Counted from the stretch's first letter, positions 40,448 to 57,960 are shown. The stretch is 64,000 nucleotides of DNA from Octopus vulgaris (GCA_951406725.2 OX597817.1:144212001-144276000); one strand, 5' to 3'. The notes: generated by a model from the letters alone, not told the origin. Program-made: numbers and translations.

Positions 40448-41001
40448 GAGTGAGAGAGCAGTGCATGCCATCAAAGTGACACTGGGGTAAAATATATGAA
40501 GCCCAATATACCCATCATGACTACCCGTCTGATAAGGGTACACCAGGCACATGCATCACAACCATATGTGCGCGACATGGTGATCTCATATCAAGATAAA
40601 CAGCACATGACCTTGCAGGTGGGGCCCAGTTAGAATTTTCTTCAGGTTGAATAGCCCATCCCGCTCAAAAGGTCCCTGAATAAGGGTTGTTTAAGGATGT
40701 TGAAAGAACCACCCATGTTTCCAGAGGTGAATTATTCAAACCGCAAAGAATCCCTCTCAACACATGGCTATGATGCTCCCCCACTACTTCTGCTCGTGAT
40801 CAGAGATGCACATATCGTCAGCCACTAAGGGACATGCTCAACTGGTTAAGGTCAAACAACTGACAAGCAAATCTGTGGTATTGAGCAGAATATTTGCTGT
40901 AGCCCATCTTTTATACCAAGACAAAACAATGTACATGATAACACTTCCAATCAGTTAAGATCAGAAGCCACGAGAGCCACTGCCTGGTACTGCATCAGGG
41001 C

Positions 41002-41002
<1 letters not shown>
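40448..41002 (-). mobile_element. ~555 bp non-coding element embedded in (AAT)n, copy 1
   Basis: Near-identical to 41210-41822 and similar to 50758-51281. Strand inferred from the (AAT)n orientation of neighbouring R4/Dong copies. Confidence 0.8.
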
Positions 41003-41052
<50 letters not shown>

Positions 41053-41094
41053 CATTATTATTATTATTATTGTTATTATTATTATTATTATTAA

Positions 41095-42514
<1,420 letters not shown>

Positions 42515-42515
<1 letters not shown>

Positions 42516-42718
42516 CAAAGAGTGCGATGCGATTGCAATAGATATTTTTTTGGTTGGACAATGTACTTCGACATTCCGTGTGTCCTTCACAAGTTCAAAA
42601 TGCAAATTGAAATTAAATTTAATTTCAATTTGTATTTTGAACCCGTTAAAGACACACGGAATGTTAAAATATCGTTCAACCAATAAAATATCTCTTTCAA
42701 TCGAATCGCGCTCTTCGT
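42515..42718. repeat. ~200 bp spacerless palindrome (MITE-like)
   Basis: Centre CAAATTGAAATTAAA|TTTAATTTCAATTTG; arms ACATTCCGTGTGTC/GACACACGGAATGT and AAGAGTGCGAT/ATCGCGCTCTT. Confidence 0.9.
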
Positions 42719-42793
42719 CTTGTCTGCTAACCTTTGTGAAGATTCACGTCAATCCTTTTAAAATATTATTATTGTTGTTGTTGTTGTTGTTGT

Positions 42794-42915
<122 letters not shown>

Positions 42916-43100
42916 CATTTGTTTCTCTAATATCTGTTTCAGTTAAGCAGCCATTGAGATTTTTGGCAACGGCTTGGGCCCATCATCAAAACATATCCTG
43001 TTTCCTTTCCCTAAGAATTTCCATTGTTCTACACGTCCTCTGCCGAATTGGGTCCTCAAAGCCATGCAACTTTCGCTGTAGGATTTTAATTAACTACACG

Positions 43101-43150
<50 letters not shown>

Positions 43151-43297
43151 AACAGCAACAACAGCAACGAGTAGAGAGTAACTTGTGGTAACAGAATATG
43201 CTTTGCAAATCAGTTTTACATGGGGATATGTGTTGTGTTAGTAGTGTACATGTGCCGGTTCGGAGTATTTGCGTGTATGTGTGTATGGGATAATACA

Positions 43298-43349
<52 letters not shown>

Positions 43350-43490
43350 TTGTGTGTGAGTATTTTCTTCCCGACCAATTTATTTCTTTGTAGATTCTAA
43401 TTCTCCTTTGTAGATTCTCATTTCGTATTTTTATACGCCATCCATCTGGCGTTCTTGTTTGCGTATTTGAAGTTTAATCGCCTCTTACGG

Positions 43491-43559
<69 letters not shown>

Positions 43560-43594
43560 GCCTGCCTATCCATCTGTCTGTCTGTATCTGTTTG

Positions 43595-43650
<56 letters not shown>

Positions 43651-43706
43651 GCTATCTATATATCTGTCTGCATCTGTCTGTCTGTCTGTATCTGTCTGTC
43701 TGTCCG

Positions 43707-43783
<77 letters not shown>

Positions 43784-43819
43784 TTATCTGTGCGTATGTG
43801 TGTCTGTGTATCCTCCCTC

Positions 43820-43883
<64 letters not shown>

Positions 43884-44339
43884 TATGTACATACATACTT
43901 ATGTATATATACAAACATACATGCATACACACACACACACACACACACACATGGTTTTCCTCTGTATCTTTCTTTTCTTGTCTTCACACCCGCTCTCTCT
44001 CTCTCTCTCTCAATGTCTCCCTTTCTCTTAGTGTACCACTCATTTTCTAACTCCCTCCCTCCCTCACTACATACCTCCCTCCCTCCCTCACTCACTCACT
44101 CAAACACTCGCTCAATCAATCAATCAATCACCCACATATATCATTATTCCGTACACAGTCAAAGACAGTCAACGGTAGATGGGAAAAGAAAAAAACGTAA
44201 CTTCATGGTATTTTTTCCCCTCCGGTGATTATTAAGTCATCAGCCAAGTGACGTCATTGTGTGGGTTGTTCTATACCTAACGTGGACATACGCAAGCATG
44301 TATGTAAATACACACAGAAGGACACACACACATACTCAC

Positions 44340-44383
<44 letters not shown>

Positions 44384-44386
44384 TAA

Positions 44387-46243
<1,857 letters not shown>

Positions 46244-46254
46244 GTATATATATG

Positions 46255-46434
<180 letters not shown>

Positions 46435-46595
46435 CATACATATACATATATATGTGTGTGTATATATATATATATTATGTATGTAAGCATAATATATATG
46501 GATACCATATATGTATATATTTATACATAAACGCATACATATACACAATCATTTTATGCGTGTGAGTCTATGAGTATGTGTGTTTGTGTGTGTAT

Positions 46596-46778
46596 GTTAG
46601 TTAGTTAGTTAGTTAGTTAATTTGGCTCAAAAGCAAATGGCAAGGCCATTTAGGGGGACATGGAGTTAAGTACAGAGTGGTGTTCATGTAAAGAGTTCAG
46701 GCCACTTTAGGTCAAGGGAGGCTTTGAACAAAGCGGTCGTCGGCATCTTCACCATCTCGTCTGGCAGCTTGTTCCACG
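46596..46778 (-). mobile_element. Short 3' end of the same CR1 family
   Basis: Reverse complement of ~44990-45170, including the (AACT)n tail. Confidence 0.9.
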
Positions 46779-47023
46779 TATGTGTGTGTGTCTGTGGTGA
46801 CAGTCGATCTTCTGATCAAATCAAGGAAATTTGTTTCCATTAGTTTTTCAAATTGCTCGTACTATCTGTCGGTTGCAATCGATTCCTGACAGAAGTGTCA
46901 CAGTTTCACAAACCCTGCTTCGTTCTCCGATGATGTGGCGAAAAATTTGTACTCAGAGTGTGTAGGATCGGGAAAACGTACCACGGGGCATTCTACCGAA
47001 AACTCCAGTGTGTCATCCCATAT

Positions 47024-47058
<35 letters not shown>

Positions 47059-47279
47059 ACACACACACACACACAGATAAAACTTACTTGGGAATGGATG
47101 CGTGGCGTTCAATCATATAATAATGTAAATAATATATATATATACATACATACATATATATATATATATACATACATGTACATACTTCCATATATATGTA
47201 AACACACACACACATATATCTTCGGGGAGTTAACTTGGGTTTCTTACCGACAATGTAACCTGCATATAACTGACAATGA

Positions 47280-49603
47280 CGAGTATTTCTCACTCTTTTC
47301 TTTCCTTACATTTTACCATCGAATCGCCTGATATTGCAGCATCTATTTTCTTCGCTTCTTTTTCATTGTTATGGATAATAACGATATCTGGCCGTCTCGC
47401 CTCTATGGCTTGGTCGCACTGCATGTTAAAATCCCATAGTATTTTGTACTGTTCGTTTTCCATCACTCCCTCTGGCAATGAGTTCATACCATTGTTCGGC
47501 TCTCTCGAAGTTTGCTTTACCGCACAACAGCCAGAGAACATATCTAGCTACATTGTTGAGTCTCCTTTTATATTCGCGTTGTGCGAGCTTACAGCACTCA
47601 CTAACAATACGGCTTATACTTTCTCCCTTCTCAGAGCACATCCTACACTGTGGCGAGTCAGTGTCTTTATCAATGTGATATTTGTAGTTGTTTGTTCTGA
47701 GAGCTTGTTCTTGAGCGCTGCACACTAATGCCTCAGTGGACCCTTTTTAAGTCTCTTTTCTGCAGCCATTGCCAGGTTCTATTCCAATCAATTTCATCTT
47801 TATTCTTCAAGAACTGACTGAGCATTTTTTCTCCTGCCAAATTTCCTTCATTTGCTCTCTCGGGTCTTTCTTAAATCGTGTTGGATCTACGGTTTCGTTC
47901 ACTTTTAAGGTTCCCTACATTTTCACTGCTTCAATCATTTCTTCTTTACTCCCCTTGACATACCAAGCCAAGCTATTCTCCTCTTCCCTTACACAATCTT
48001 CACAATACACCAATCCCCGTCCTCATTCTTTCCTCTTTACATACAACCTTGACACATCACTCTTGGGGTGTAGTTCTCTGTTCATTGTCATTAATTTACG
48101 TGTTCTCCGGTCTATCTCTTGTAATTCATGCTTCTTCCAAGATACTATTCCTGCCCCATATCTCATCAAAGCAACAGCCCACGTGTTAATTGCTCTAATC
48201 TTATAGCGGCCATTTAGCTTCGATTGGAGCACAAGCCGAATTCTCCTCAAATACTTTTTTCTGTGCATTTCTTTCATCTTGTGTTCATTCATCTTATCTC
48301 TTTCGATGATACCCAGGTACTTATATCCTTCCTCTCCGACTTCATTTATAGTTTCGCCACTTTCCAGCTTGATCCCATGGCTTTTACTAATTTTCCCCCT
48401 TTTGAGAATCATTACACCACATTTCTCAATCCCAAATTCCATCTTTGCTAATCATCTCCACAGTTGCCGTCAAACTCTCAATTTCTTTCCCAGTCTTAGC
48501 AAATAGCTTTAGGTCATCCATAAACCACAGGTTGCTTACTTTCACCCTGCCTAGCATGTACCCCCGCACGCATCATTCTTAAAACGCTTGTTAGTGGCAG
48601 AATGCAGACAACAAATAGGAGAAGCGACAAACTTGCCCCTTGAAAGGTTTCTCTTGATATTTACCTCTCCCAGCTTGTTTCTCCATGCTGTGCGTTCAAT
48701 TCGCCACGTTGCCATTGAGTTTTGTATTAACTTCAGGATATTGTGGGAGACCTTAAGCAGTTTAAGGTATTCAATAATCCACGAGTGTGGGACCATGTCA
48801 TGTGCTTTCCTGTAGTCCATCCATGCCAACGCCAAATTTGTGTATCGCTTCTTGCAGTCAGCCAGGGTAGTCTTATTGATTAGTAATTGATCCTTCGTTT
48901 CTCTGCGCTTACGTCTACACCCCTTTTGTTCCACTGGTAGTAGGTCGTTTTCATCTAGGTACTTATAGATGCTGTTTGATATGATGTCCGTCATCAGTTT
49001 CCACATCAGTAGCAAACAAGATAGTGGCCGGAAATTTCCAACCGCATTCCCTTTACTTGGGTCCTTCTGTCATAGTACTGTTCTCCCTTTTGTCATCCAG
49101 GCCGGTACTTGGATGTCACTACTCAATATTTCGTCCAGCTGTCTCGCAATTCTCCTGTGGAGAGCTGTCAAGTTTTTAAGCCAAAAGCCCAGAAACCCAT
49201 CTGGACCAGGCGCTTTCCTGTTAGGAATTCTCCCGCACTGTTCTCTAATCATCTCCTTGGTTATTCTCAAATCTTCCTGCTGATACTCTCCACTCTCCTC
49301 TTTGAGTCTTTAACCAATCTGCTTCAGTTTTGTGCTGTTTCTCCTGTTTGCCCAGAATCTTTTGCTTCCTTCAGCATCCGGAACGGCTTTTTCGCCTTCT
49401 TCTTTCTCATCCAGTTCCTGATAGACTCGTTTCTGATTTTGTTCGAAAAGTCTGTTCAATCTGTACTGCTCAATCCTCTCTTCACATCTCTTTACTTTAT
49501 GTGCTTTAGCTTTCAACTGCTGTTTTAATTCCTCAATCATAACATTGATTCCCTTTCTATTCACTCTATGCGCGCATGCGTACACACACAGATATGTATA
49601 GCC

Positions 49604-49644
<41 letters not shown>

Positions 49645-50212
49645 CTGGTATCCATCTATATTATGCTTACATACATAATATACATATATATACACACACA
49701 TATATATGTATATATATATATATATATGAATATATATATATATATGTATGTATATATGTATATATATGACTGCTTCCACTAGCACTACTACTACAACCAC
49801 TCTAGCTTGACATATTTCGCTGAACTTCATTTCTTTTCTTCCGTTGCAGAATATTAATATGTTTTTCTGGTCTCGTTAATAGACTGCCTTATTCTTCTTT
49901 ACCACCATGGTCCCGTCAGGTTATGTTGACATTTACCTTTAGTTTTCAAACCCAACTTCCGGGCTATAAAGATCGAGATTCCATCTATCAGATTGAATTT
50001 CCACCTTGTATAAGGGGTGTTCAAGCGTTATGGTTGCTTCCGCCTCTTAGGTATATACTATTTTGGTGGTCGTTGCCTCGTAAGTGTTCATTAGCCTTTA
50101 TACAGGTCTTGTTTTTCTTCCTGTAGGGTGTTAAAATAGCAAGAATCATACACCCTCTTCACAGAGCAAGCTCTGCGGGGCTCCCGGTTTAGTCGCCGAC
50201 GTCCTGACCATA
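47280..50212 (-). mobile_element. Long decayed R4/Dong-type non-LTR retrotransposon (RT, zinc knuckle, REL)
   Basis: RKAPGPDG; [31 protein letters not shown]; LWFMDDLK; FGIEKC..YKYLGI; CRMC..C; ILWDF..RRPDIVI. Many frameshifts; 5' end abuts (AAT)n; interrupted at ~49566-49800 by a fragment of the 44387 repeat. Confidence 0.9.
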
Positions 50213-50215
50213 ATA

Positions 50216-50281
<66 letters not shown>

Positions 50282-50297
50282 GATTATTATTATTATC

Positions 50298-50655
50298 CAG
50301 TAGTTTTATTTTTATAGTGTACTTTCACTTCACTACCGAGCGCAGCTCTGTGTGCCTTGGGTATGTGCTGTGATTTGTTGTGATGCTCTGATGGCTACTG
50401 TATTGAAAGTGTTTTGCGTAAGATGCGTGCAGTGCCCAGTAGTGCAATTTTCTGTATGTTATATATATTTGTAAGTCCTGGTGTTTTTGTTATGTATTTG
50501 TTTGAATATTTTTTATCATACTTAATGCGCCTACTATGATAGGAATTGTTTCGGTTTTTAGATTCCATATTCGAGTTACCTCTATTTCCAGGTCTTTGTA
50601 TTTTGAAAGTTTCTCCATTTCTTTTAGAGACACATTGTCATCTGCTGGTATTGAT
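50298..50655 (-). mobile_element. R4/Dong 3' end between (AAT)n tracts
   Basis: SIPADDNVSLKEMEKLSKYKDLEIEVTRIWNLKTETIPIIVGAL. Confidence 0.85.
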
Positions 50656-50669
50656 TTATTATTATTATT

Positions 50670-50757
<88 letters not shown>

Positions 50758-50758
<1 letters not shown>

Positions 50759-51281
50759 GTGAGAGAACAGTGCATGCCACCACAGTGACATTGGGGTAAA
50801 ATATACGAAGCCCAGTAATTCGATCGTGATTACCAAGCACATGCATCACAACCATATGTGTGTGACATAGTGATCCAATATCAAGATAAACAGCGCTTGA
50901 CCTTGCAAATGGGGCCCAGTTAGAATATTCCTCAGGTCGAGTAGTCTATCCCACTCAAAAGGTCCCTGAATAAGGATTGTTTAAGAATGACGAACAAACA
51001 CCCATGTTTCCAGAGGTGAATTATCCAAACCCCAAAGAATTCCTCTCAATACATGGCTGCGATGCTCCTCCACTACTTCTGCTCGTGATGAGAGATGCAC
51101 ATATCATCAGCCACTAAGGAACATGCATGTTCAACTGGTTACGATGAAACAACTGATAAGCAAATATGTTGTATTGAGTTGAATATTTGCTGTAGCGCAT
51201 CTTTTACACCGAGACAAGGCAATGTACATGATAACACTTCTAATCAGATAAGATCAGAAGTCATGAGAGGCACTGCCTGGT
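50758..51281 (-). mobile_element. ~555 bp (AAT)n-embedded element, copy 3 (diverged)
   Basis: Homology to 40448-41002. Confidence 0.8.
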
Positions 51282-51282
51282 T

Positions 51283-51334
<52 letters not shown>

Positions 51335-51335
51335 C

Positions 51336-51440
<105 letters not shown>

Positions 51441-51499
51441 TATTATTATTATTATTTATCATCATTATTATTATTATTATCATTATTATTATTCATTAT

Positions 51500-51542
<43 letters not shown>

Positions 51543-51609
51543 TTATTAATATTATTATCAATATTATTATTTATTATTCATTATTATTATTATTATTATT
51601 AATATTATT

Positions 51610-51643
<34 letters not shown>

Positions 51644-51653
51644 GTTATTATCA

Positions 51654-51696
<43 letters not shown>

Positions 51697-51735
51697 CATT
51701 ATTATTATCATTATTATTATTGTTGTTGTTGTTGC

Positions 51736-51772
<37 letters not shown>

Positions 51773-51824
51773 ATTATTATTGCCATTATTATTATTATTG
51801 TTGTTGTTGTTCCTATTATTATTA

Positions 51825-51856
<32 letters not shown>

Positions 51857-51949
51857 GTTATTATTATTATTATTATTATCATCATCATCATCATCATTTA
51901 TTCAATAAATCTTATTCCATCGCTTTGCAACGTATTATAATGAGGCCGC

Positions 51950-53070
51950 TTTGTTAACATAAGATACATGAGATGTATTGTGGGAAATGTGAATGCTAGC
52001 ATTTTTCACAAAATTATTTATAACACCAGGCGGATGGTTGGAAGCTATATTTATGTACTGTAACTTTTCATGTGACGCCCTAAATATTTATTGATTTCTA
52101 AATTTAAGGAAATATCTCACAAAATTAATATGTAAGCTTATATCAACAGTAATCTTTAAGTGCAATTCACTTAATAATTTAAAGCGATTTCTTTGGAAAT
52201 TATCTAACTGTTAGACATTCATATTACGTGAAATAATGTGCCTGTCATATCGATATAAAGCACACTATAAATTATTGAACTTATTATGTAATAAATATAA
52301 AGCTTGTTGATCGATAACCTCACAAATTTCTGTAGAGTTAGGTTAGCATTCGCCACATCAAAAGAATTAGAATAACTTTTCTTTACCCAGAGAGCGTTAT
52401 CGAAAGAAACCAACGATCTTGCATGCATAATTATTTTATTATTGGAAGCATTGATTGAAATATAATTCTTGCCGAAAAGTAATGCTTTTAGAAGCAAAGA
52501 TTTAGTAATCGAAGGGTAAAATTTGATGAGGTTACACAAGATAAATTTTAACATATGCTTGTTAAACCAGTTATTTGTAGAAATACTTTTATTCCATAAT
52601 CGGCTTTTGTTTATTTTAAAGGATTATCATGTATAAGATACGTTTAATAACCAAACCTAAGTCACTTGGATTATTAATAAAATTTTACTTGCGGTCCTTA
52701 AATGTAACGCCAGGTTTTCACAAAATTAAGCGTTCGATTGTCTTCTATTTCCTATTCGGTAGCTATTTGCTTAACCTCTAAATTAATGGAAATTTTATTT
52801 GTAATTGTTAGTAATGCTGACAGACAAAACCCTGTTATAAGTATTTATGTTAAGTTCATGCAAATGACTGTATTGATTTTATTTGTAGTAGTAATAAACA
52901 AGTTTATAAATTCACTCATAAAGCATTAGCTTTCACCAGAATTATATTCAAACCAGTGACTCTGATATTAATATAATTATGCATGCAAAGATCATTGATC
53001 TATTTCGATAACACCTTATAAAGAAAAAAAAATTAATCTAATTCTTTTGATGTGGCGGTGGTTATTCCTA
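51950..53070 (-). mobile_element. Highly decayed Penelope-like RT
   Basis: KFYPSITKSLLLKAL..IIMHARSLVSF..WVKK..FDV resembles PLE RT motifs. Confidence 0.65.
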
Positions 53071-53289
53071 TACTATACGGAAGTCTGAGCGCTTACTGAT
53101 CTTAAATTTCATTTATTACACATGTAATATTTTTTACTGACGGGCTCCGTATTCATCAGTAACACCTCAGAATCAATGAGGATTGTCCACCACTTCTATG
53201 AAAATCCAAAATATCTAGCCATCACTTAACAAAACCAGCCCATCGATAAAACAACTTGGCAAGAAGAACCAGGAAGTTGCTCACAATGT

Positions 53290-54190
53290 ACAAAGCACAC
53301 CACCATAAAAGTATTACTGACAAACTCTGTCTAGAAAGGAAAGAAGCAGAAAATTAGTAAACGCAAAAAACAGCGTTAATGCTGCGATTTTGGGGTAGAA
53401 AAATTATGCTATGCGCAGTGAAGAAAGAATACTATTGGCAGCTAGAGATGACCGAAAAGTTACTGAAACCGTAGGAGAACTCAAAGAGAGAAAGAAAAAC
53501 AACAAAGCGAGCAGATGAAAAGAAATGGAAGTAAAGAATGCTGGTTATAGCTGACGGGCGGACACGAGAGACCGAAGCATCAATTATAGCCGCTCAGAAA
53601 CAAGTCGTTAAGACGAATCTGATAAATGCAATGATCGACAAAGCTCAGTCAGACAGATAATGCAGAAAGGACATGAAAGTATTAATCATCTCTTAAGTGA
53701 ATGCAGTAATCTAGCAGAAATTGCCTATGAGAGCAGGCAAGACTGTGTAGAAAAAAGAGTGCATTAGGGTGTTAGTCGAGCATGTAACTTGGAAATAACA
53801 AGTGATATGAACACGAACTAGATGATGTAATGGACAATAAGAATTACAGGATTTATGTGACTTCCCTATAAAGATTCACTATACTACTGAAGCAAGAAGA
53901 CCAGATATGATTACCGAGGATAAAATAAACATTTTAAATCATCAGAGATTTTGTAATTCCCGATCTTAACAGTCGATATCAAAGAAATTCAGAAATATCA
54001 GGACCTAGACAGAAAGTTGAAAAGATTGTAGAAGGCTAAGGCAACAATTACTCCTGTGATAATTATTGCAGACGGAACACCCAACATGCTGCCTGAAAGA
54101 CTGAAAGATATTGGAATTGAGACTCGCAGTGTTGGCTTGCAGAAAAGTGCCATTCTATATTCTGCAAGAATCTCAAGGAAGATTTGAGTA
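53290..54190 (+). mobile_element. Decayed R4/Dong 3' region
   Basis: EASIIAAQKQ..TNLI, EARRPDMI and KEIQKYQDL motifs. Confidence 0.7.
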
Positions 54191-54269
54191 GATTCGCCAT
54201 CAAGTTTCAAGATAACATTACTTCTTATGAAATTGGCATGTAATAGTTTTGGAATAACAGCAGCAACAA

Positions 54270-55030
54270 CGACAGCAATGGTATAAGCACCAGCGGCGAG
54301 CTGACAGAATCGTTAGCATGCCGGGCGAAATGCGTAGCCGTATTTCGTCTGCCGCTACGTTTTGAGTTCAAATTCCGCCGAAGTCGACTTTGCCTTTCAT
54401 CCTTTCGGGGTCGATTAATAAAGTACCAGTTACGCACTGGGTCGATATAATCGACTTAATCCGTTTGTATGTCATTGTTTGTCCTCTCTGTGTGTAGCCA
54501 CTTTTGGGCAGTAAAGAAATAGGTATTAGCACCAGCCTGAGGTTGTAACCGAGGGAGAAAAATGTAACGATTCTTTGAGACTTTCCAGTACATACAGACA
54601 GAACCATCAAAGCTGATAAACCAGGTATTGTTGTGAAAGACCAAAGCAGTAAAGTCTGTTTACGGATCGGCATTAGTATTCCTTGTGATAATAATATCTC
54701 GGCAAAAGAATTTGACAAGTTCAGAAAATATAAGATTTGGTAACTGAAATCGAAAAAAATGTGGTATCTCAAGGCAGTTACAATACTAGTGATTGTAGGA
54801 GCACCTGGAATGATAAAAAAAGGAACTGAAAATTATTTGAGAGTGATCTCTGGCTTACTACCCATGCAAGAAGTGCAAAAGATTGTTTTAACTGTTACGT
54901 CACACGTATTGAGAAGAATGTTGTTGTGAGAATGATTGTCACCCACGTAAATCTAATTTAATGGTTTATCAATGTATGCAGTGAGTTTTTTTGCCCTAGG
55001 CGTCGGGAAGACGGCAAGAAATGGAAACAA
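54270..55030 (+). mobile_element. R4/Dong REL fragment interrupted by SINE S2 (54295-54521)
   Basis: WYKHQ|PE..DFPVHTDRTIKADKPGIVVKD..SIPCDNNISAKEFDK; TSD GGTAT(A/T)AGCACCAGC at 54280-54294 and 54522-54536. Confidence 0.8.
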
Positions 55031-55411
55031 AGATGTAGAAAAAATAGTAATTCTTTTTTGCCTGGTGGTAACACCTTTAACTAAAGAGTACTGAACCGGA
55101 ATATAAATATTAAAGAAGGACAATTAACCATCATTTGTAAATGAACGACCTCAAGTTAAATGCTGCATTTGAAATATAAGTAGAAAGACTGCTACATACA
55201 AGATACGAATTTACTTGTGAAACTCATACGAGATTCAGATTAGGAAAATGCTACAGGAGAATCTGGAAGATTTCAAAATAACTAAGAACACTAAGATCAT
55301 GTTAGATAAAGAATCAGAATCAGCAGAATTACTAGTCAGCGTGCAAAACACATAGAAGTGTTGAATTAATACTCAAAACAGATAAATGCGAACAAATAAA
55401 CTATTCCTGCA

Positions 55412-55642
55412 ATTCTGTTGTGTCTGGAGAGAGTAATTTTCTTTTTGTGGCTTATCATTTAACACACCGGTAAAATTTCCACTTATTTCTTATTTTTATT
55501 TTCCTAAAATTTTCGTTGCGTCTTGCAACCTTTTCAATATTTTAGGGAATTTGAGGAAAATAGAAATAAGTGGAAATTTTACCGGTGAGTGTGTTACGTA
55601 ATAAGGCACAAATAGAAAATGACTCCCCAGACAAAGCAGAAT
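55412..55642. repeat. ~230 bp inverted repeat with a U3-A8 hammerhead-like motif near the centre (55503-55539, minus)
   Basis: Arms CACCGGTAAAATTTCCACTTATTTC / GAAATAAGTGGAAATTTTACCGGTG; minus TTGAAAA-G-GTTGC(AAGAC)GCAAC-GAAA-ATTT. Confidence 0.75.
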
Positions 55643-55982
55643 ATGCTTCAACACACAAAATCATATAAAGAATCTTGCAAACCAAATCCCAAAACGAAAT
55701 ATTCCTGTAATATTGTAGCAATTACGTAATTGGATGCTAAACAAAGCTATAAGGCAGCGAACTCGTGGAATCGTTAGCAACAGGGACAAAATGTTTAGCG
55801 GCATTTCTTCTGCCTCTTTGAACTTCTTGCGTCTTGAGCTCAACCTTGTCATTCATTCTTTTCACGGTCGATAACATTAAGTAGCAATCAAGGTCTGAGG
55901 TGCAGTAATTGATTTGCTACCTCCTTTTATAATTGCTGGTCTTGAGTCCTGCGACAGACCTGCATCCGTTCAGGGGGAATGT

Positions 55983-56231
55983 TGTGGAGGCGCGTGGCTT
56001 AGTGGTTAGGGTATTGAACTCATGATCGTAAGGTTGTGGTTTCGATTCCTGGACCGGGCGATGCGTTGTGTTCTTGAGCAAAACACTTCATTTCACGTTA
56101 CTCCAGTCCACTCAGCTGGCAGAAATGAGTAATCCTGCGACGGACCGGCGTCCCGTCCAGGTGGGGAATTTCTACGCCACTGAAACCGAGAAACCGGCCC
56201 TTATGGGCCTCGTATGGCTTGAGAAGGAACA
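55983..56231 (+). mobile_element. CORE-type tRNA SINE with 15-bp TSD
   Basis: A-box TGGCTTAGTGG, B-box GTTTCGATTCC; TSD AGGGGGAATGTTGTG at 55972-55986 and 56232-56246. Confidence 0.9.
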
Positions 56232-56669
56232 AGGGGGAATGTTGTGATCTCGGGCTCTTATAGGACAAGAAAACCGGGTAACTGCAGCCATGAATCTGTA
56301 ACGGGAATATTCAGCAATCAATCGATGTCGCGATTTGCTGGAATGTTGCTCACATGATCAGTGAGTCTCACCAATGGCGACTTCACCTGATAAAAAGAAT
56401 ATTACCACCGGGATCAATGAAATCTGGTCAATCACGACTTCATGTGGAATAGGCGCCAGCGATAATTTCAACTTTTGGCGCGCCCCCTTCTGAGCCCATC
56501 AATAGATATAAATTCACACACACACGCGACCGCCACCCAGAAAGCTTTGAGATGAGGCAGACTGATGGTGAACAGACACGGGCAGCGGCTGATCCCAGCT
56601 AATATCGTCATAACGAATTTCCACAGCAACACAACGACTAGCACTCTTTTTATTCTTTTATTCTTTTAT

Positions 56670-56857
56670 TCGTTTCAGTCATTTGACTGTGGTCATGCTG
56701 GAGCACCGCCTTTAGTCGAGCAAATCGGCCCCAGGACTTATTCTTTGTAAGCCTAGTACTTATTCTATCGGTCTCTTTTGCCGAACCGCTAAGTTATGGG
56801 GACGTAAGCACCCCAGCATCGGTTGTCAAACGATGTTGGGTGGGGACAAACACAGAC

Positions 56858-56911
<54 letters not shown>

Positions 56912-57075
56912 CGACGGACTTCTTTCGGTTTCCATCTACCAAATCCACTCACAAGGCTTTGGTCGGCCCAAGGCTATAGTAGAAGACACTTTCCCAAGGT
57001 GCCACGCAGTGGGACTGAACCCGGAACCATGTGGTTGGTAAGCAAGCTATTTATCACACAGCCACTTCTGCGCCT
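56670..57075 (-). mobile_element. SINE S1, full length
   Basis: Homologous to 39577-40007. Confidence 0.88.
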
Positions 57076-57927
57076 GTTAACTTTTAGAATACTATTTCAA
57101 TAACATCCAAACTCTCTCAACACGAATAAAAGTTTGTTCTTAAAAATCTCAACAGATTTCGTAATTTTCTTCTATGTACAACTGTTGACCTGCGACATCA
57201 GAAACAACAGCCAGCGCCCAAAAGCCAACAGTCAACTCCCAACATTAGCAGTCATACACAGTTCCGAACAGTTAGTCAATCAGCTTATATACAAGTGGTA
57301 ACGGTATCTAACAGCTACAAGTCCTAGGACTGGAGAAAAACAAAAACAAAAACAAAAAAACAACGCAAAACCTAAAAAGACTAACAAGACTAGACAAAAA
57401 CAAACAAAACACAAAAACGAATAAACGAGAAAAGTGGTTACTATATATGGAATAGAAAGATTATATTCATCAGGAATAGAGGGTGGTGGGCCTTTATACG
57501 ACTATAAAACTATAAGGAAATATCTACTGAACGACTACAAAAATAACTTGTGATGAATAATTGACAAGTTTAACAAATAGCCATAAAACAAGACAAAAGG
57601 GAAATAAAAACTGTTTCTCTCTTCAAGAAAGCAAATAAATACAAAAGAGAGGCTGACATGACAGACAGTAAAACAATAAAAAGAATATCTAAAAATACAT
57701 TTTTTTGTCGACCCCAGATGATGATGGTGATGATGATGATGATGATGATGATGACGATGACGGCGATGACAATGGTCTTTTGTACTTGCCACAGGGACGT
57801 CTGATTAGAGAACTTTACAGAGACTATCGACAGTCCGTGTTGGGAGTTTACATAAAAAAAATATGAGAGGATCAAAGGGAAAGAAGGGGAAACGAGTGGA
57901 AATCAGAATAACGATCATGATGACGAT

Positions 57928-57960
<33 letters not shown>

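Noticed and set aside
40975-41002. Resemblance of CCTGGTACTGCA to the U2 snRNA 3' stem-loop
   Set aside because: Only a short match, and it belongs to the 555-bp repeat.
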